Positions 48,932 to 60,945 of a DNA stretch of 64,000 nucleotides are shown here, piece after piece. Source of the DNA: a phage; the sequence record PZ347775.1; one strand, written 5' to 3'. Both the position numbers and the translations under genes were made by a program. The notes beneath the pieces were generated by a model. That model was not told where the DNA came from. It was given only the letters and a program-made list of their open reading frames with translations, and did not search any database. Position 1 is the stretch's first letter, and the number at the start of each line of letters is the position of its first letter.

Positions 48932-50642
48932 TAACCTTAATTGGTTTGTTGGTGTTGTTGAAGATAGAATGGACCCATTAAAATTAGGTCGTGTTCGTGT
49001 TCGTGTAGTTGGTCTGCATCCACCTCAAAGAGCACAAGGCGACGTAATGGGTATTCCAACTGATAAATTACCATGGATGTCGGTTATTCAACCTATAACT
49101 TCTGCAGCAATGTCTGGAATTGGAGGCTCCGTTACTGGTCCGGTAGAAGGAACTAGAGTTTATGGTCATTTTTTAGACAAATGGAAAACTAACGGAATTG
49201 TCCTTGGCACATATGGCGGAATAGTTCGCGAAAAACCTAATAGACTTGAAGGATTTTCTGACCCAACTGGACAGTATCCTAGACGTCTAGGAAATGATAC
49301 TAACGTATTAAACCAAGGCGGAGAAGTAGGATATGATTCGTCTTCTAATATTATCCAAGATAGCAATCTAGACACTGCGATAAATCCTGATGATAGACCA
49401 CTATCAGAAATTCCAACTGATGATAATCCAAATATGTCAATGGCTGAAATGCTTCGCCGTGATGAAGGATTAAGACTAAAAGTTTATTGGGATACTGAAG
49501 GATATCCGACAATTGGCATTGGTCATCTTATCATGAAGCAACCAGTTCGTGATATGGCCCAAATTAATAAAGTTTTATCAAAACAAGTTGGTCGTGAAAT
49601 TACCGGAAATCCAGGTTCTATTACAATGGAAGAAGCGGTAGCTTTATTTGAACGTGATTTGGCTGATATGCAACGTGACATTAAATCGCATTCTAAAGTT
49701 GGCCCAGTTTGGCAAGCAGTTAATCGTTCTCGTCAAATGGCATTAGAAAATATGGCATTTCAGATGGGTGTTGGCGGTGTAGCTAAATTTAACACAATGT
49801 TAACTGCTATGTTAGCCGGAGATTGGGAAAAAGCATATAAAGCTGGTCGTGATTCATTGTGGTATCAACAAACAAAAGGCCGTGCATCCCGTGTTACCAT
49901 GATTATTCTTACAGGGAATTTGGAATCATACGGTATTGAAGTGAAAACACCGGCTAGGTCTTTGTCAGCAATGGCTGCTACTGTAGCAAAGTCTTCTGAT
50001 CCAGCTGACCCTCCTATTCCGAATGATTCGAGAATTTTATTTAAAGAACCTGTTTCTTCATATAAAGGTGAATATCCGTATGTTCACACAATGGAAACTG
50101 AAAGCGGTCATATTCAGGAATTTGACGATACCCCGGGACAAGAACGATACAGATTAGTTCATCCGACTGGAACATATGAGGAAGTATCACCGTCAGGAAG
50201 AAGAACAAGAAAAACTGTTGATAATTTGTATGATATAACAAATGCTGATGGTAATTTTTTGGTAGCTGGCGATAAAAAGACTAACGTCGGTGGGTCAGAA
50301 ATTTATTACAACATGGATAATCGTCTCCACCAAATAGATGGAAGCAATACAATATTTGTACGTGGCGATGAAACTAAGACAGTTGAAGGTAATGGAACTA
50401 TCCTAGTTAAAGGTAATGTTACTATTGTAGTTGAAGGTAATGCTGACATTACAGTTAAAGGGGATGCTACTACTTTAGTTGAAGGAAATCAAACTAATAC
50501 AGTAAATGGAAATCTTTCTTGGAAAGTTGCTGGGACAGTTGATTGGGACGTTGGTGGTGATTGGACAGAAAAAATGGCATCTATGAGTTCTATTTCATCT
50601 GGTCAATACACAATTGATGGATCGAGGGTTGACATTGGCTAA
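48915..50642 (+). CDS. 5: baseplate hub/cell-puncturing protein gp5 with lysozyme domain
   Basis: 575 aa; OB-fold N-terminus, central lysozyme domain (MAEMLRRDEGLRLKVYWDTEGYPTIGIGHLI, paralogous to e), C-terminal VxGxxxxx beta-helix repeats. Confidence 0.92.
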   Translation: MEMISNNLNWFVGVVEDRMDPLKLGRVRVRVVGLHPPQRAQGDVMGIPTDKLPWMSVIQPITSAAMSGIGGSVTGPVEGTRVYGHFLDKWKTNGIVLGTYGGIVREKPNRLEGFSDPTGQYPRRLGNDTNVLNQGGEVGYDSSSNIIQDSNLDTAINPDDRPLSEIPTDDNPNMSMAEMLRRDEGLRLKVYWDTEGYPTIGIGHLIMKQPVRDMAQINKVLSKQVGREITGNPGSITMEEAVALFERDLADMQRDIKSHSKVGPVWQAVNRSRQMALENMAFQMGVGGVAKFNTMLTAMLAGDWEKAYKAGRDSLWYQQTKGRASRVTMIILTGNLESYGIEVKTPARSLSAMAATVAKSSDPADPPIPNDSRILFKEPVSSYKGEYPYVHTMETESGHIQEFDDTPGQERYRLVHPTGTYEEVSPSGRRTRKTVDNLYDITNADGNFLVAGDKKTNVGGSEIYYNMDNRLHQIDGSNTIFVRGDETKTVEGNGTILVKGNVTIVVEGNADITVKGDATTLVEGNQTNTVNGNLSWKVAGTVDWDVGGDWTEKMASMSSISSGQYTIDGSRVDIG

Positions 50643-51171
50643 TATACTTCCAATGAGCGCTGATTTAGGAGAATCCATGGAAGGTTCTTCTATCGACGTC
50701 ACCTTTACCGCTCAATTAGAAACAGGTGAAACGTTAGTATCTATAAATATAACTAGTTACGAAGAAACTCCTGGGGTTTTAGTAGAAGAAAATCGTTTAT
50801 ATGGAACGTATGAATCTGTATTTGGATTTGGAAATGATGCGTTGAAATATCGTTTAGATAATGAATTTAAAACCGCTGCTTCATGGGAAGACCTTCCAAC
50901 TGATTCTAATACTCAGTTATATTTATGGAAAGCTCCTCAAAACCTCCAGAAGACATTCACTTACGAAGTAACATTAATATATGACTACCAAGAACAAGGT
51001 GAATCTGGAGGTTCTGGCAGTAATTCTAGGTCATCTTCTGATACTACTGAACCAACGAATCCTCCAGCTCCAATAAGAAAAACTCTTGTTAAAAATTACA
51101 CAAAAACTATAGTTGGAAATTGGAGTCGTTGGGCTAATAAATTGAGAAGCTATGTGTATGAGAGGCCATAA
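50614..51171 (+). CDS. gp5.1-like baseplate-associated protein
   Basis: 185 aa ORF between 5 and 5.4. Confidence 0.6.
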
Positions 51172-51465
51172 ATGTCAGGATTAAGTTATGATAAGTGTGT
51201 TACTGCCGGCCATGAAGCATGGCCTCCAACAGTTGTGAATGCTACGCAAAGTAAAGTATTCACTGGAGGAATTGCTGTTCTCGTAGCAGGTGATCCAATT
51301 ACAGAACATACAGAAATTAAAAAGCCATATGAAACACATGGCGGAGTGACACAACCTAGAACTTCTAAGGTATATGTCACTGGAAAGAAAGCTGTTCAAA
51401 TGGCTGATCCAATATCATGCGGTGATACTGTGGCTCAGGCATCATCTAAAGTATTCATTAAATAG
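51172..51465 (+). CDS. 5.4: PAAR-repeat spike tip protein gp5.4
   Basis: 97 aa with PAAR-like repeats, position after gp5. Confidence 0.8.
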
Positions 51466-51473
51466 GATTTAAA

Positions 51474-53456
51474 ATGGCAAATACCCCTGTAAATTATCAA
51501 TTAACAAGAACAGCAAATGCTATTCCCGAGATATTCGTCGGGGGCACATTTGCTGAAATAAAACAAAACCTCATTGAATGGCTTAATGGTCAAAATGAAT
51601 TTTTGGATTATGATTTTGAAGGCTCAAGATTAAACGTTCTGTGTGACCTTTTGGCTTATAATACATTGTACATTCAGCAGTTTGGTAATGCTGCCGTGTA
51701 TGAAAGCTTTATGCGTACTGCTAACTTACGTAGTTCAGTAGTTCAAGCGGCACAAGATAATGGATATTTACCTACTTCAAAATCAGCTGCTCAAACTGAA
51801 ATTATGCTAACTTGTACAGACGCATTGAATAGAAATTACATTACTATTCCTCGTGGTACTCGCTTTTTAGCATATGCAAAAGATACTTCAGTTAATCCTT
51901 ACAACTTTGTATCTACTGAAGATGTTATTGCTATTCGTGATAAAAATAACCAATATTTTCCACGTTTAAAATTGGCCCAGGGACGTATAGTAAGAACTGA
52001 AATCATTTATGATAAATTAACACCTATTATCATTTATGACAAAAATATTGATAGAAACCAGGTTAAATTATATGTTGATGGAGCGGAATGGATTAACTGG
52101 ACAAGAAAGTCAATGGTTCATGCTGGTTCTACATCAACAATTTACTACATGCGTGAAACTATTGATGGAAATACTGAGTTTTATTTTGGTGAAGGTGAGA
52201 TTTCTGTTAATGCGGCAGAAGGAGCATTGACTGCTAATTATATTGGGGGTCTTAAACCTACCCAGAACTCTACGATTGTTATTGAGTACATCAGTACTAA
52301 CGGCGCAGATGCGAATGGCGCAGTCGGATTTTCATATGCAGATACATTGACAAATATAACTGTCATCAACATTAATGAAAATCCAAACGATGACCCAGAT
52401 TTTGTTGGGGCAGATGGCGGCGGCGATCCAGAAGATATTGAACGTATTCGTGAATTGGGTACTATTAAACGCGAAACCCAGCAACGCTGCGTAACTGCGA
52501 CTGACTATGATACATTCGTTTCAGAGAGATTTGGTTCTATTATTCAAGCCGTTCAGACTTTCACTGATTCTACTAAACCTGGTTATGCATTTATTGCTGC
52601 TAAACCTAAATCAGGATTGTATTTAACTACTGTGCAGCGTGAAGATATTAAAAATTATCTCAAAGATTATAATTTAGCACCTATTACACCATCAATTATT
52701 TCTCCTAATTATCTTTTCATTAAGACTAATTTAAAAGTCACATATGCTTTAAATAAGCTGCAAGAATCTGAACAGTGGCTTGAAGGTCAAATAATTGATA
52801 AAATTGACCGCTATTATACTGAAGATGTAGAAATTTTTAACTCGTCTTTTGCCAAGTCTAAGATGTTAACTTATGTAGATGATGCAGATCATTCTATCAT
52901 TGGTTCATCAGCGACTATTCAAATGGTTCGTGAAGTACAAAACTTCTATAAAACGCCTGAAGCAGGTATTAAATACAATAATCAAATAAAAGATCGTTCT
53001 ATGGAATCTAATACGTTTTCATTTAATTCTGGACGAAAAGTTGTGAATCCTGATACTGGTTTAGAAGAAGATGTATTATATGACGTTCGCATAGTATCAA
53101 CAGACCGAGATTCTAAAGGAATTGGTAAAGTTATTATTGGTCCATTTGCTTCTGGCGATGTTACAGAAAATGAAAACATTCAGCCGTATACAGGCAACGA
53201 TTTTAACAAATTAGCAAATTCTGATGGACGCGACAAATACTATGTTATCGGTGAAATAAATTATCCAGCTGATGTGATTTACTGGAATATCGCTAAAATT
53301 AATTTAACATCTGAAAAATTTGAAGTTCAGACCATTGAATTATATTCTGACCCAACAGATGATGTTATTTTTACTCGCGACGGTTCACTGATTGTATTTG
53401 AAAATGACTTACGTCCACAATACTTAACTATCGATTTGGAGCCTATATCACAATGA
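51474..53456 (+). CDS. 6: baseplate wedge protein gp6
   Basis: 660 aa, T4 length and order. Confidence 0.9.
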   Translation: MANTPVNYQLTRTANAIPEIFVGGTFAEIKQNLIEWLNGQNEFLDYDFEGSRLNVLCDLLAYNTLYIQQFGNAAVYESFMRTANLRSSVVQAAQDNGYLPTSKSAAQTEIMLTCTDALNRNYITIPRGTRFLAYAKDTSVNPYNFVSTEDVIAIRDKNNQYFPRLKLAQGRIVRTEIIYDKLTPIIIYDKNIDRNQVKLYVDGAEWINWTRKSMVHAGSTSTIYYMRETIDGNTEFYFGEGEISVNAAEGALTANYIGGLKPTQNSTIVIEYISTNGADANGAVGFSYADTLTNITVININENPNDDPDFVGADGGGDPEDIERIRELGTIKRETQQRCVTATDYDTFVSERFGSIIQAVQTFTDSTKPGYAFIAAKPKSGLYLTTVQREDIKNYLKDYNLAPITPSIISPNYLFIKTNLKVTYALNKLQESEQWLEGQIIDKIDRYYTEDVEIFNSSFAKSKMLTYVDDADHSIIGSSATIQMVREVQNFYKTPEAGIKYNNQIKDRSMESNTFSFNSGRKVVNPDTGLEEDVLYDVRIVSTDRDSKGIGKVIIGPFASGDVTENENIQPYTGNDFNKLANSDGRDKYYVIGEINYPADVIYWNIAKINLTSEKFEVQTIELYSDPTDDVIFTRDGSLIVFENDLRPQYLTIDLEPISQ

Positions 53457-56400
53457 CAGTAAAAGCACCTTCAGTCACTAGTCTCAGAATTTCCAAGTTA
53501 TCCGCAAATCAGGTGCAAGTACGCTGGGATGACGTTGGTGCTAATTTCTACTATTTTGTAGAAATCGCTGAGACAAAAACAAACTCGGGGGAAAATCTCC
53601 CGAGTAATCAATACAGATGGATTAACTTAGGATATACTGCAAATAACAGCTTCTTTTTTGATGATGCTGACCCGTTGACATCATACGTTATTAGAGTAGC
53701 TACAGCTGCGCAAGATTTTGAGCAGTCTGATTGGATTTATACCGAAGAGTTTGAAACTTTTGCTACAAATGCTTATACATTTCAAAACATGATTGAAATG
53801 CAATTAGCTAATAAATTCATTCAGGAAAAATTTACTCTTAATAATTCTGATTATGTCAATTTTAATAATGACACTATAATGGCTGCATTAATGAATGAAT
53901 CATTTCAGTTCAGCCCATCATATGTTGACGTTTCATCAATAAGCAATTTTATTATTGGTGAAAATGAGTATCATGAAATACAGGGTTCTATTCAGCAAGT
54001 ATGTAAGGATATTAACCGAGTTTATTTGATGGAATCAGAAGGGATTCTATACCTTTTTGAGCGTTATCAACCTGTAGTTAAAGTATCCAATGATAAAGGA
54101 CAAACTTGGAAAGCTGTAAAGCTCTTCAATGACCGCGTAGGATATCCTTTATCTAAGACAGTATATTACCAATCTGCGAACACAACATACGTTCTAGGAT
54201 ACGACAAGATTTTCTATGGCCGCAAATCGACTGATGTTAGATGGTCAGCTGACGATGTCAGATTTAGTTCTCAGGATATAACATTCGCTAAACTTGGCGA
54301 CCAATTACATTTAGGATTTGATGTAGAAATTTTTGCTACTTACGCAACTTTGCCAGCGAATGTATATCGCATTGCAGAAGCTATTACTTGCACCGATGAT
54401 TACATTTATGTTGTCGCCAGAGACAAAGTTAGATACATAAAAACAAGCAATGCACCCATAGATTCTGATCCATTATCTCCAACATATTCGGAAAGGCTTT
54501 TTGAACCTGATACAATGACTATAACCGGAAATCCTAAAGCAGTATGCTATAAAATGGATTCTATCGGTGATAAAGTTTTTGCTCTTATTATTGGTGAAGT
54601 TGAAACATTAAATGCTAATCCTAGAACATCAAAAATAATTGATTCTGCTGATAAAGGAATATATGTTTTAAATCATGACACAAAAACATGGAAAAGAGTT
54701 TTTGGCAACACTGAAGAAGAAAGAAGACGTATTCAACCAGGGTATGCGAATATGTCAACTGATGGTAAATTAGTTTCTCTATCATCGAGCAATTTTAAAT
54801 TTTTAAGTGATAATGTTGTTAATGACCCTGAAACTGCAGTAAAATATCAGTTAATCGGTGCTGTTAAATATGAATTTCCTCGTGAATGGTTAGCTGATAA
54901 GCATTATCATATGATGGCATTTATAGCAGATGAAAAGTCTGATTGGGAAACTTTTACTCCTCAGCCGATGAAATACTATGCAGAACCATTCTTTAACTGG
55001 TCTAAAAAATCTAACACACGTTGTTGGATAAACAACTCTGATAGGGTTGTAGTAGTTTATGCTGATTTAAAATACACTAAAGTTATAGAAAATATTCCGG
55101 AAACATCACCAGATAGATTAGTTCATGAATATTGGGATGATGGCGATTGTACTATAGTAATGCCAAATGTTAAATTCACTGGATTTAAAAAATATGCATC
55201 TGGGATGCTTTTCTATAAAGCCTCTGGCGAAATAATTTCTTACTATGATTTTAACTATCGTGTTAGAGACACTGTCGAAATTATTTGGAAGCCAACTGAA
55301 GTATTTTTAAAAGCATTTTTACAAAACCAAGAGCATGAAACTCCTTGGTCGCCCGAAGAAGAGCGTGGATTAGCTGACCCTGATTTAAGACCATTGATTG
55401 GCACAATGATGCCTGATTCTTATTTGTTACAGGATTCGAATTTTGAGGCATTTTGCGAAGCATATATTCAGTATCTTTCTGATGGATATGGAACCCAGTA
55501 TAATAATTTACGAAATTTAATTCGTAACAAATATCCACGAGAAGAGCATGCATGGGAATATTTGTGGTCAGAGATATATAAAAGAAACATTTATTTAAAT
55601 GCTGACAAACGCGATGCTGTTGCAAGATTTTTCGAATCACGTAGCTATGATTTTTATTCTACTAAAGGAATTGAAGCATCATACAAATTTCTTTTTAAAG
55701 TTCTTTATAATGAAGAGGTTGAAATTGAAATTGAATCTGGGGCTGGTACTGAATATGATATAATCGTTCAATCTGATTCTTTGACTGAAGACTTAGTAGG
55801 ACAAACGATTTATACAGCCACAGGAAGATGTAATGTTACTTATATAGAAAGAAGCTATTCTAATGGTAAATTGCAATGGACCGTAACTATTCATAATCTT
55901 TTGGGAAGATTGATTGCCGGTCAAGAAGTTAAAGCAGAAAGACTTCCTAGTTTTGAAGGCGAAATTATTCGTGGCGTTAAAGGAAAGGATTTGCTTCAAA
56001 ACAATATAGACTATATTAATAGAAGTAGATCATACTATGTAATGAAAATTAAATCCAATTTACCTTCTTCCCGCTGGAAATCTGACGTTATTCGTTTTGT
56101 TCATCCAGTAGGATTTGGATTTATAGCAATTACCCTTTTAACAATGTTTATTAATGTTGGTTTAACTCTTAAACATACAGAGACTATAATTAATAAATAC
56201 AAAAACTATAAATGGGATTCTGGATTGCCTACTGAATACGCTGATAGAGTAGCTAAATTGACTCCAACTGGAGAAATTGAGCATGATTCAGTAACAGGCG
56301 AAGCAATTTATGAGCCTGGCCCAATGGCTGGCGTAAAATATCCTCTTCCTGGTGACTATAATGCTGAAAATAATAATTCAATATTTCAAGGTCAATTGCC

Positions 56401-56551
56401 GTCTGAACGACGTAAATTAATGAGTCCTTTATTTGATGCATCTGGAACAACATTTGCACAATTTAGGGATTTAGTTAATAAACGTCTAAAAGATAATATA
56501 GGAAATCCAAGAGACCCTGAAAATCCAACACAGGTTAAAATAGATGAATGA
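53453..56551 (+). CDS. 7: baseplate wedge protein gp7
   Basis: 1032 aa, T4 length and order. Confidence 0.9.
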   Translation: MTVKAPSVTSLRISKLSANQVQVRWDDVGANFYYFVEIAETKTNSGENLPSNQYRWINLGYTANNSFFFDDADPLTSYVIRVATAAQDFEQSDWIYTEEFETFATNAYTFQNMIEMQLANKFIQEKFTLNNSDYVNFNNDTIMAALMNESFQFSPSYVDVSSISNFIIGENEYHEIQGSIQQVCKDINRVYLMESEGILYLFERYQPVVKVSNDKGQTWKAVKLFNDRVGYPLSKTVYYQSANTTYVLGYDKIFYGRKSTDVRWSADDVRFSSQDITFAKLGDQLHLGFDVEIFATYATLPANVYRIAEAITCTDDYIYVVARDKVRYIKTSNAPIDSDPLSPTYSERLFEPDTMTITGNPKAVCYKMDSIGDKVFALIIGEVETLNANPRTSKIIDSADKGIYVLNHDTKTWKRVFGNTEEERRRIQPGYANMSTDGKLVSLSSSNFKFLSDNVVNDPETAVKYQLIGAVKYEFPREWLADKHYHMMAFIADEKSDWETFTPQPMKYYAEPFFNWSKKSNTRCWINNSDRVVVVYADLKYTKVIENIPETSPDRLVHEYWDDGDCTIVMPNVKFTGFKKYASGMLFYKASGEIISYYDFNYRVRDTVEIIWKPTEVFLKAFLQNQEHETPWSPEEERGLADPDLRPLIGTMMPDSYLLQDSNFEAFCEAYIQYLSDGYGTQYNNLRNLIRNKYPREEHAWEYLWSEIYKRNIYLNADKRDAVARFFESRSYDFYSTKGIEASYKFLFKVLYNEEVEIEIESGAGTEYDIIVQSDSLTEDLVGQTIYTATGRCNVTYIERSYSNGKLQWTVTIHNLLGRLIAGQEVKAERLPSFEGEIIRGVKGKDLLQNNIDYINRSRSYYVMKIKSNLPSSRWKSDVIRFVHPVGFGFIAITLLTMFINVGLTLKHTETIINKYKNYKWDSGLPTEYADRVAKLTPTGEIEHDSVTGEAIYEPGPMAGVKYPLPGDYNAENNNSIFQGQLPSERRKLMSPLFDASGTTFAQFRDLVNKRLKDNIGNPRDPENPTQVKIDE

Positions 56552-57548
56552 TTCAAGTGTTATCTATCGTGCGATAGTTACTTCAAAATTTAGAACAGAA
56601 AAAATGTTGAATTTTTATAATTCAATTGGAAGTGGTCCGGATAAAAACACTATCTTTATCACATTTGGAAGATCAGAACCATGGTCATCAAATGAAAATG
56701 AGGCGGGCTTTGCCCCGCCTTATCCCACTGATTCTGTATTAGGTGTAACTGATATGTGGACACATATGATGGGAACAGTAAAGGTTCTTCCATCAATGCT
56801 TGATGCTGTTATTCCTCGCAGAGATTGGGGAGATACTAGATATCCGGATCCATACACATTTAGAATTAACGATATTGTAGTGTGTAACTCAGCTCCTTAC
56901 AATGCTACTGAATCAGGCGCAGGCTGGCTAGTATATCGTTGTTTAGATGTTCCTGATACTGGAATGTGTTCAATAACATCTTTAACTGATAAGGATGAAT
57001 GCCTCAAATTAGGTGGAAAATGGACTCCTTCTGCTAGGTCAATGACTCCTCCTGAAGGTCGAGGAGACGCGGAAGGAACAATCGAACCCGGCGACGGATA
57101 TGTTTGGGAATATCTTTTTGAGATTCCGCCTGATGTATCTATAAATAGATGCACGAATGAATATATCGTGGTTCCTTGGCCTGAGGAATTAAAAGAAGAC
57201 CCGGCTAGATGGGGGTATGAAGATAATCTCACTTGGCAACAAGATGATTTTGGATTAATTTACCGTGTTAAGGCAAATACTATCCGTTTTAAAGCATATT
57301 TAGATTCAGTTTATTTTCCTGAAGCTGCACTGCCGGGAAATAAAGGATTTAGACAAATATCAATAATCACGAATCCTCTTGAAGCTAAAGCTAATCCAAA
57401 TGACCCAAACGTTAAAGCTGAAAAGGATTATTATGATCCGGAAGATTTAATGAGGCATTCGGGCGAAATGATTTATATGGAAAATAGGCCACCTATTATC
57501 ATGGCAATGGATCAAACAGAAGAAATCAATATTCTGTTTACATTTTAA
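56544..57548 (+). CDS. 8: baseplate wedge protein gp8
   Basis: 334 aa, T4 length and order; followed by hairpin terminator. Confidence 0.9.
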   Translation: MNDSSVIYRAIVTSKFRTEKMLNFYNSIGSGPDKNTIFITFGRSEPWSSNENEAGFAPPYPTDSVLGVTDMWTHMMGTVKVLPSMLDAVIPRRDWGDTRYPDPYTFRINDIVVCNSAPYNATESGAGWLVYRCLDVPDTGMCSITSLTDKDECLKLGGKWTPSARSMTPPEGRGDAEGTIEPGDGYVWEYLFEIPPDVSINRCTNEYIVVPWPEELKEDPARWGYEDNLTWQQDDFGLIYRVKANTIRFKAYLDSVYFPEAALPGNKGFRQISIITNPLEAKANPNDPNVKAEKDYYDPEDLMRHSGEMIYMENRPPIIMAMDQTEEINILFTF

Positions 57549-57553
57549 CTTAA

Positions 57554-57576
57554 GGGAGCCCATGGGCTCCCTTTTT
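57554..57576 (+). terminator. intrinsic terminator after gp8
   Basis: gggagcccatgggctccc followed by tttttc on plus strand. Confidence 0.6.
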
Positions 57577-57579
57577 CTT

Positions 57580-57587
57580 TATAAATA
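57580..57587 (+). promoter_or_regulatory. late promoter TATAAATA for gene 9 operon
   Basis: Consensus ~25 nt upstream of gp9 ATG, directly after the gp8 terminator. Confidence 0.65.
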
Positions 57588-57611
57588 CTATAAACTCATA
57601 AGGAAACCGCT

Positions 57612-58478
57612 ATGTTCATTCAAGAACCAAAGAAATTGATTGATACCGGCGAAATTGGTAACGCTTCTACTGGTGATATCTTATTCGACGGTGGTAATAA
57701 AATTAATAGTGATTTTAACGCAATTTATAACGCGTTTGGCGATCAACGCAAAATGGCAGTAGCAAATGGCACTGGAGCAGATGGCCAAATTATCCATGCT
57801 ACTGGATATTATCAAAAACACTCTATTACAGAGTACGCAACTCCAGTAAAAGTTGGCACTAGGCATGATATTGATACCTCTACTGTAGGTGTTAAAGTTA
57901 TCATTGAAAGAGGCGAACTCGGCGATTGTGTTGAATTCATTAACTCAAATGGATCAATATCAGTTACTAATCCTTTAACAATTCAAGCTATTGATTCAAT
58001 TAAAGGTGTTTCGGGTAATTTAGTAGTAACTAGTCCATATAGTAAAGTTACTTTACGCTGTATTTCATCTGATAATTCTACATCGGTTTGGAACTATTCT
58101 ATTGAAAGTATGTTTGGGCAAAAGGAATCACCAGCTGAAGGTACATGGAATATTTCTACAACCGGATCAGTTGATATTCCACTATTTCATCGCACTGAAT
58201 ACAATATGGCTAAATTGTTAGTTACATGCCAATCAGTAGATGGAAGAAAAATTAAAACAGCAGAAATAAATATTCTTGTGGATACTGTTAATTCAGAGGT
58301 AATTTCTTCTGAATATGCTGTCATGCGAGTTGGTAATGAAACCGAAGAAGACGAAATCGCTAATATTGCATTTAGTATTAAAGAAAATTATGTAACGGCG
58401 ACTATAAGTTCTTCAACTGTCGGTATGAGAGCAGCAGTTAAAGTTATCGCTACGCAGAAAATCGGGGTGGCTCAATAA
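57612..58478 (+). CDS. 9: baseplate protein gp9 (long tail fibre socket)
   Basis: 288 aa, preceded by late promoter TATAAATA. Confidence 0.9.
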   Translation: MFIQEPKKLIDTGEIGNASTGDILFDGGNKINSDFNAIYNAFGDQRKMAVANGTGADGQIIHATGYYQKHSITEYATPVKVGTRHDIDTSTVGVKVIIERGELGDCVEFINSNGSISVTNPLTIQAIDSIKGVSGNLVVTSPYSKVTLRCISSDNSTSVWNYSIESMFGQKESPAEGTWNISTTGSVDIPLFHRTEYNMAKLLVTCQSVDGRKIKTAEINILVDTVNSEVISSEYAVMRVGNETEEDEIANIAFSIKENYVTATISSSTVGMRAAVKVIATQKIGVAQ

Positions 58479-60286
58479 TGAAACAAAATATTAATATCGG
58501 TAATGTTGTAGATGATGGTACCGGTGACTACCTGCGTAAAGGTGGTATAAAAATAAATGAAAACTTTGATGAGCTTTATTATGAACTCGGTGATGGTGAT
58601 GTTCCATATTCAGCCGGTGCCTGGAAAACTTATGATGCTTCATCAGGACAAACATTAACAGCAGAATGGGGAAAATCATACGCTATTAATACATCTTCTG
58701 GAAGAGTGACTATAAATCTTCCAAAGGGTACAGTTAATGATTACAACAAGGTAATTAGAGCCAGAGACGTATTTGCTACATGGAACGTTAATCCAGTTAC
58801 ACTAGTAGCTGCTTCCGGTGATACGATTAAAGGGTCTGCAGTACCAGTTGAAATTAATGTTCAATTCAGTGATTTAGAACTAGTGTATTGTGCCCCAGGA
58901 CGTTGGGAATATGTCAAAAATAAACAAATTGACAAAATTACCAGTTCAGACATTAGTAATGTAGCTCGTAAAGAATTTTTAGTCGAAGTCCAAGGACAAA
59001 CGGACTTTTTAGATGTTTTCCGTGGAACTAGTTATAATGTAAATAACATCAGAGTAAAACATCGCGGTAACGAATTGTATTACGGTGATGTATTTAGCGA
59101 AAACAGCGATTTTGGCTCTCCGGGCGAAAATGAAGGTGAATTAGTTCCTCTTGATGGATTTAATATTCGATTAAGACAGCCTTGTAATATTGGTGACACT
59201 GTTCAAATCGAAACATTTATGGATGGTGTATCGCAGTGGAGAAGTTCATATACAAGACGTCAAATTAGATTGTTAGATTCAAAATTAACGTCAAAAACTT
59301 CTCTAGAAGGAAGTATTTACGTTACTGATTTATCAACAATGAAATCAATTCCATTTTCTGCTTTTGGATTAATTCCAGGAGAACCTATTAATCCTAACTC
59401 TCTTGAAGTTCGTTTTAATGGAATTTTGCAGGAATTGGCTGGCACAGCTGGAATGCCATTATTTCATTGTGTTGGTGCCGATTCAGACGATGAAGTAGAA
59501 TGCTCTGTTTTAGGTGGAACTTGGGAACAATCTCATACCGATTATTCAGTTGAAACTGATGAAAACGGCATACCGGAAATTTTACATTTCGATAGAGTAT
59601 TTGAGCATGGTGACATTATCAATATCACCTGGTTTAATAATGATTTGGGTACATTATTAACAAAAGATGAGATTATTGATGAAACCGATAATCTCTATGT
59701 ATCGCAAGGGCCGGGAGTAGATATTTCTGGTGATGTAAATTTAACAGACTTCGATAAAATTGGTTGGCCAAATGTAGAAGCAGTTCAATCTTATCAACGC
59801 GAATTTAATGCTGTTTCAAATATCTTTGATACGATTTATCCTATTGGAACTATATATGAAAACGCTGTTAATCCAAACAACCCTGTTACATATATGGGAT
59901 TCGGCTCATGGAAATTATTTGGGCAAGGAAAAGTTTTAGTTGGATGGAATGAAGATATTTCGGACCCTAACTTTGCTCTAAATAACAATGATTTAGATTC
60001 TGATGGAAATCCTTCGCATACTGCAGGTGGAACAGGTGGTTCTACTTCTGTTACATTGGAAAATGCTAATCTTCCTGCAACTGAAACAGATGAAGAAGTT
60101 CTAATAGTTGATGAAAATGGATCAGTCATTGTTGGTGGGTGTCAATACGATCCAGATGAATCCGGTCCAATTTACACTAAATACCGTGAAGCTAAAGCAT
60201 CTACTAACTCTACTCATACTCCGCCAACATCAATAACTAACATTCAACCATATATTACAGTTTATCGTTGGATAAGGATTGCATAA
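58478..60286 (+). CDS. 10: baseplate protein gp10
   Basis: 602 aa, T4 length and order. Confidence 0.9.
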   Translation: MKQNINIGNVVDDGTGDYLRKGGIKINENFDELYYELGDGDVPYSAGAWKTYDASSGQTLTAEWGKSYAINTSSGRVTINLPKGTVNDYNKVIRARDVFATWNVNPVTLVAASGDTIKGSAVPVEINVQFSDLELVYCAPGRWEYVKNKQIDKITSSDISNVARKEFLVEVQGQTDFLDVFRGTSYNVNNIRVKHRGNELYYGDVFSENSDFGSPGENEGELVPLDGFNIRLRQPCNIGDTVQIETFMDGVSQWRSSYTRRQIRLLDSKLTSKTSLEGSIYVTDLSTMKSIPFSAFGLIPGEPINPNSLEVRFNGILQELAGTAGMPLFHCVGADSDDEVECSVLGGTWEQSHTDYSVETDENGIPEILHFDRVFEHGDIINITWFNNDLGTLLTKDEIIDETDNLYVSQGPGVDISGDVNLTDFDKIGWPNVEAVQSYQREFNAVSNIFDTIYPIGTIYENAVNPNNPVTYMGFGSWKLFGQGKVLVGWNEDISDPNFALNNNDLDSDGNPSHTAGGTGGSTSVTLENANLPATETDEEVLIVDENGSVIVGGCQYDPDESGPIYTKYREAKASTNSTHTPPTSITNIQPYITVYRWIRIA

Positions 60287-60945
60287 TGAGTTTACTTAAT
60301 AATAAAGCGGGAGTTATTTCCCGCTTAGCAGATTTTCTTGGTTTTAGACCTAAAGCTGGTAATATAGACGTAATGAATCGTCAATCAGTTGGGTCAGTGA
60401 CAATTTCTCAATTAGCGAAAGGATTTTATGAACCTAACGTAGAATCAGCTATTAATGATGTTCATAATTTTTCTATAAAAGACGTTGGTACAATTATTAC
60501 TAATAAAACTGGTGTTTCTCCTGAGGGTGTTTCTCAAACTGATTATTGGGCATTTTCAGGAACTGTGACAGATGATTCGCTTCCTCCTGGTTCTCCTGTT
60601 ACTGTATTAGTATTTGGTCTTCCAGTTTCAGCAACAACCGGAATGACAGCTATCGAGTTTGTTGCCAAAGTTCGCGTTGCACTGCAAGAAGCTATTGCGT
60701 CATTTACTGCTATCAACTCATATAAAGACCATCCAACAGATGGTAGTAAATTAGAAGTTACTTATTTAGATAATCAAAAACATGTATTAAGCACATATTC
60801 TACATATGGAATAACTATTTCGCAGGAAATTATTTCTGAGTCTAAACCTGGCTATGGTACATGGAATTTATTAGGCGCACAAACTGTAACTTTAGATAAT
60901 CAGCAGACTCCTACAGTATTTTATCATTTTGAGAGAACAGCATGA
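60286..60945 (+). CDS. 11: baseplate protein gp11 (ORF track from 60268; start MSLLNNKAG overlaps gp10 stop)
   Basis: 219 aa from ATG at 60286, T4 length. Confidence 0.88.
   Translation: MSLLNNKAGVISRLADFLGFRPKAGNIDVMNRQSVGSVTISQLAKGFYEPNVESAINDVHNFSIKDVGTIITNKTGVSPEGVSQTDYWAFSGTVTDDSLPPGSPVTVLVFGLPVSATTGMTAIEFVAKVRVALQEAIASFTAINSYKDHPTDGSKLEVTYLDNQKHVLSTYSTYGITISQEIISESKPGYGTWNLLGAQTVTLDNQQTPTVFYHFERTA

Noticed and set aside
49430-49920. Lysozyme-like segment inside gp5 as a possible duplicated or inserted endolysin gene
   Set aside because: T4 gp5 normally carries a lysozyme domain paralogous to e; it is in frame within the 575-aa gp5
51172-51465. PAAR-repeat protein as evidence of a type VI secretion system
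   Set aside because: PAAR tip proteins are an integral part of T4-type baseplate spikes; the context (gp5, gp6-gp12) is purely phage
55281-57232. Minus-strand ORFs 55281..55640, 55793..55999, 56253..56459 and 56897..57232 inside genes 7 and 8
   Set aside because: Nested antisense to long, conserved baseplate genes
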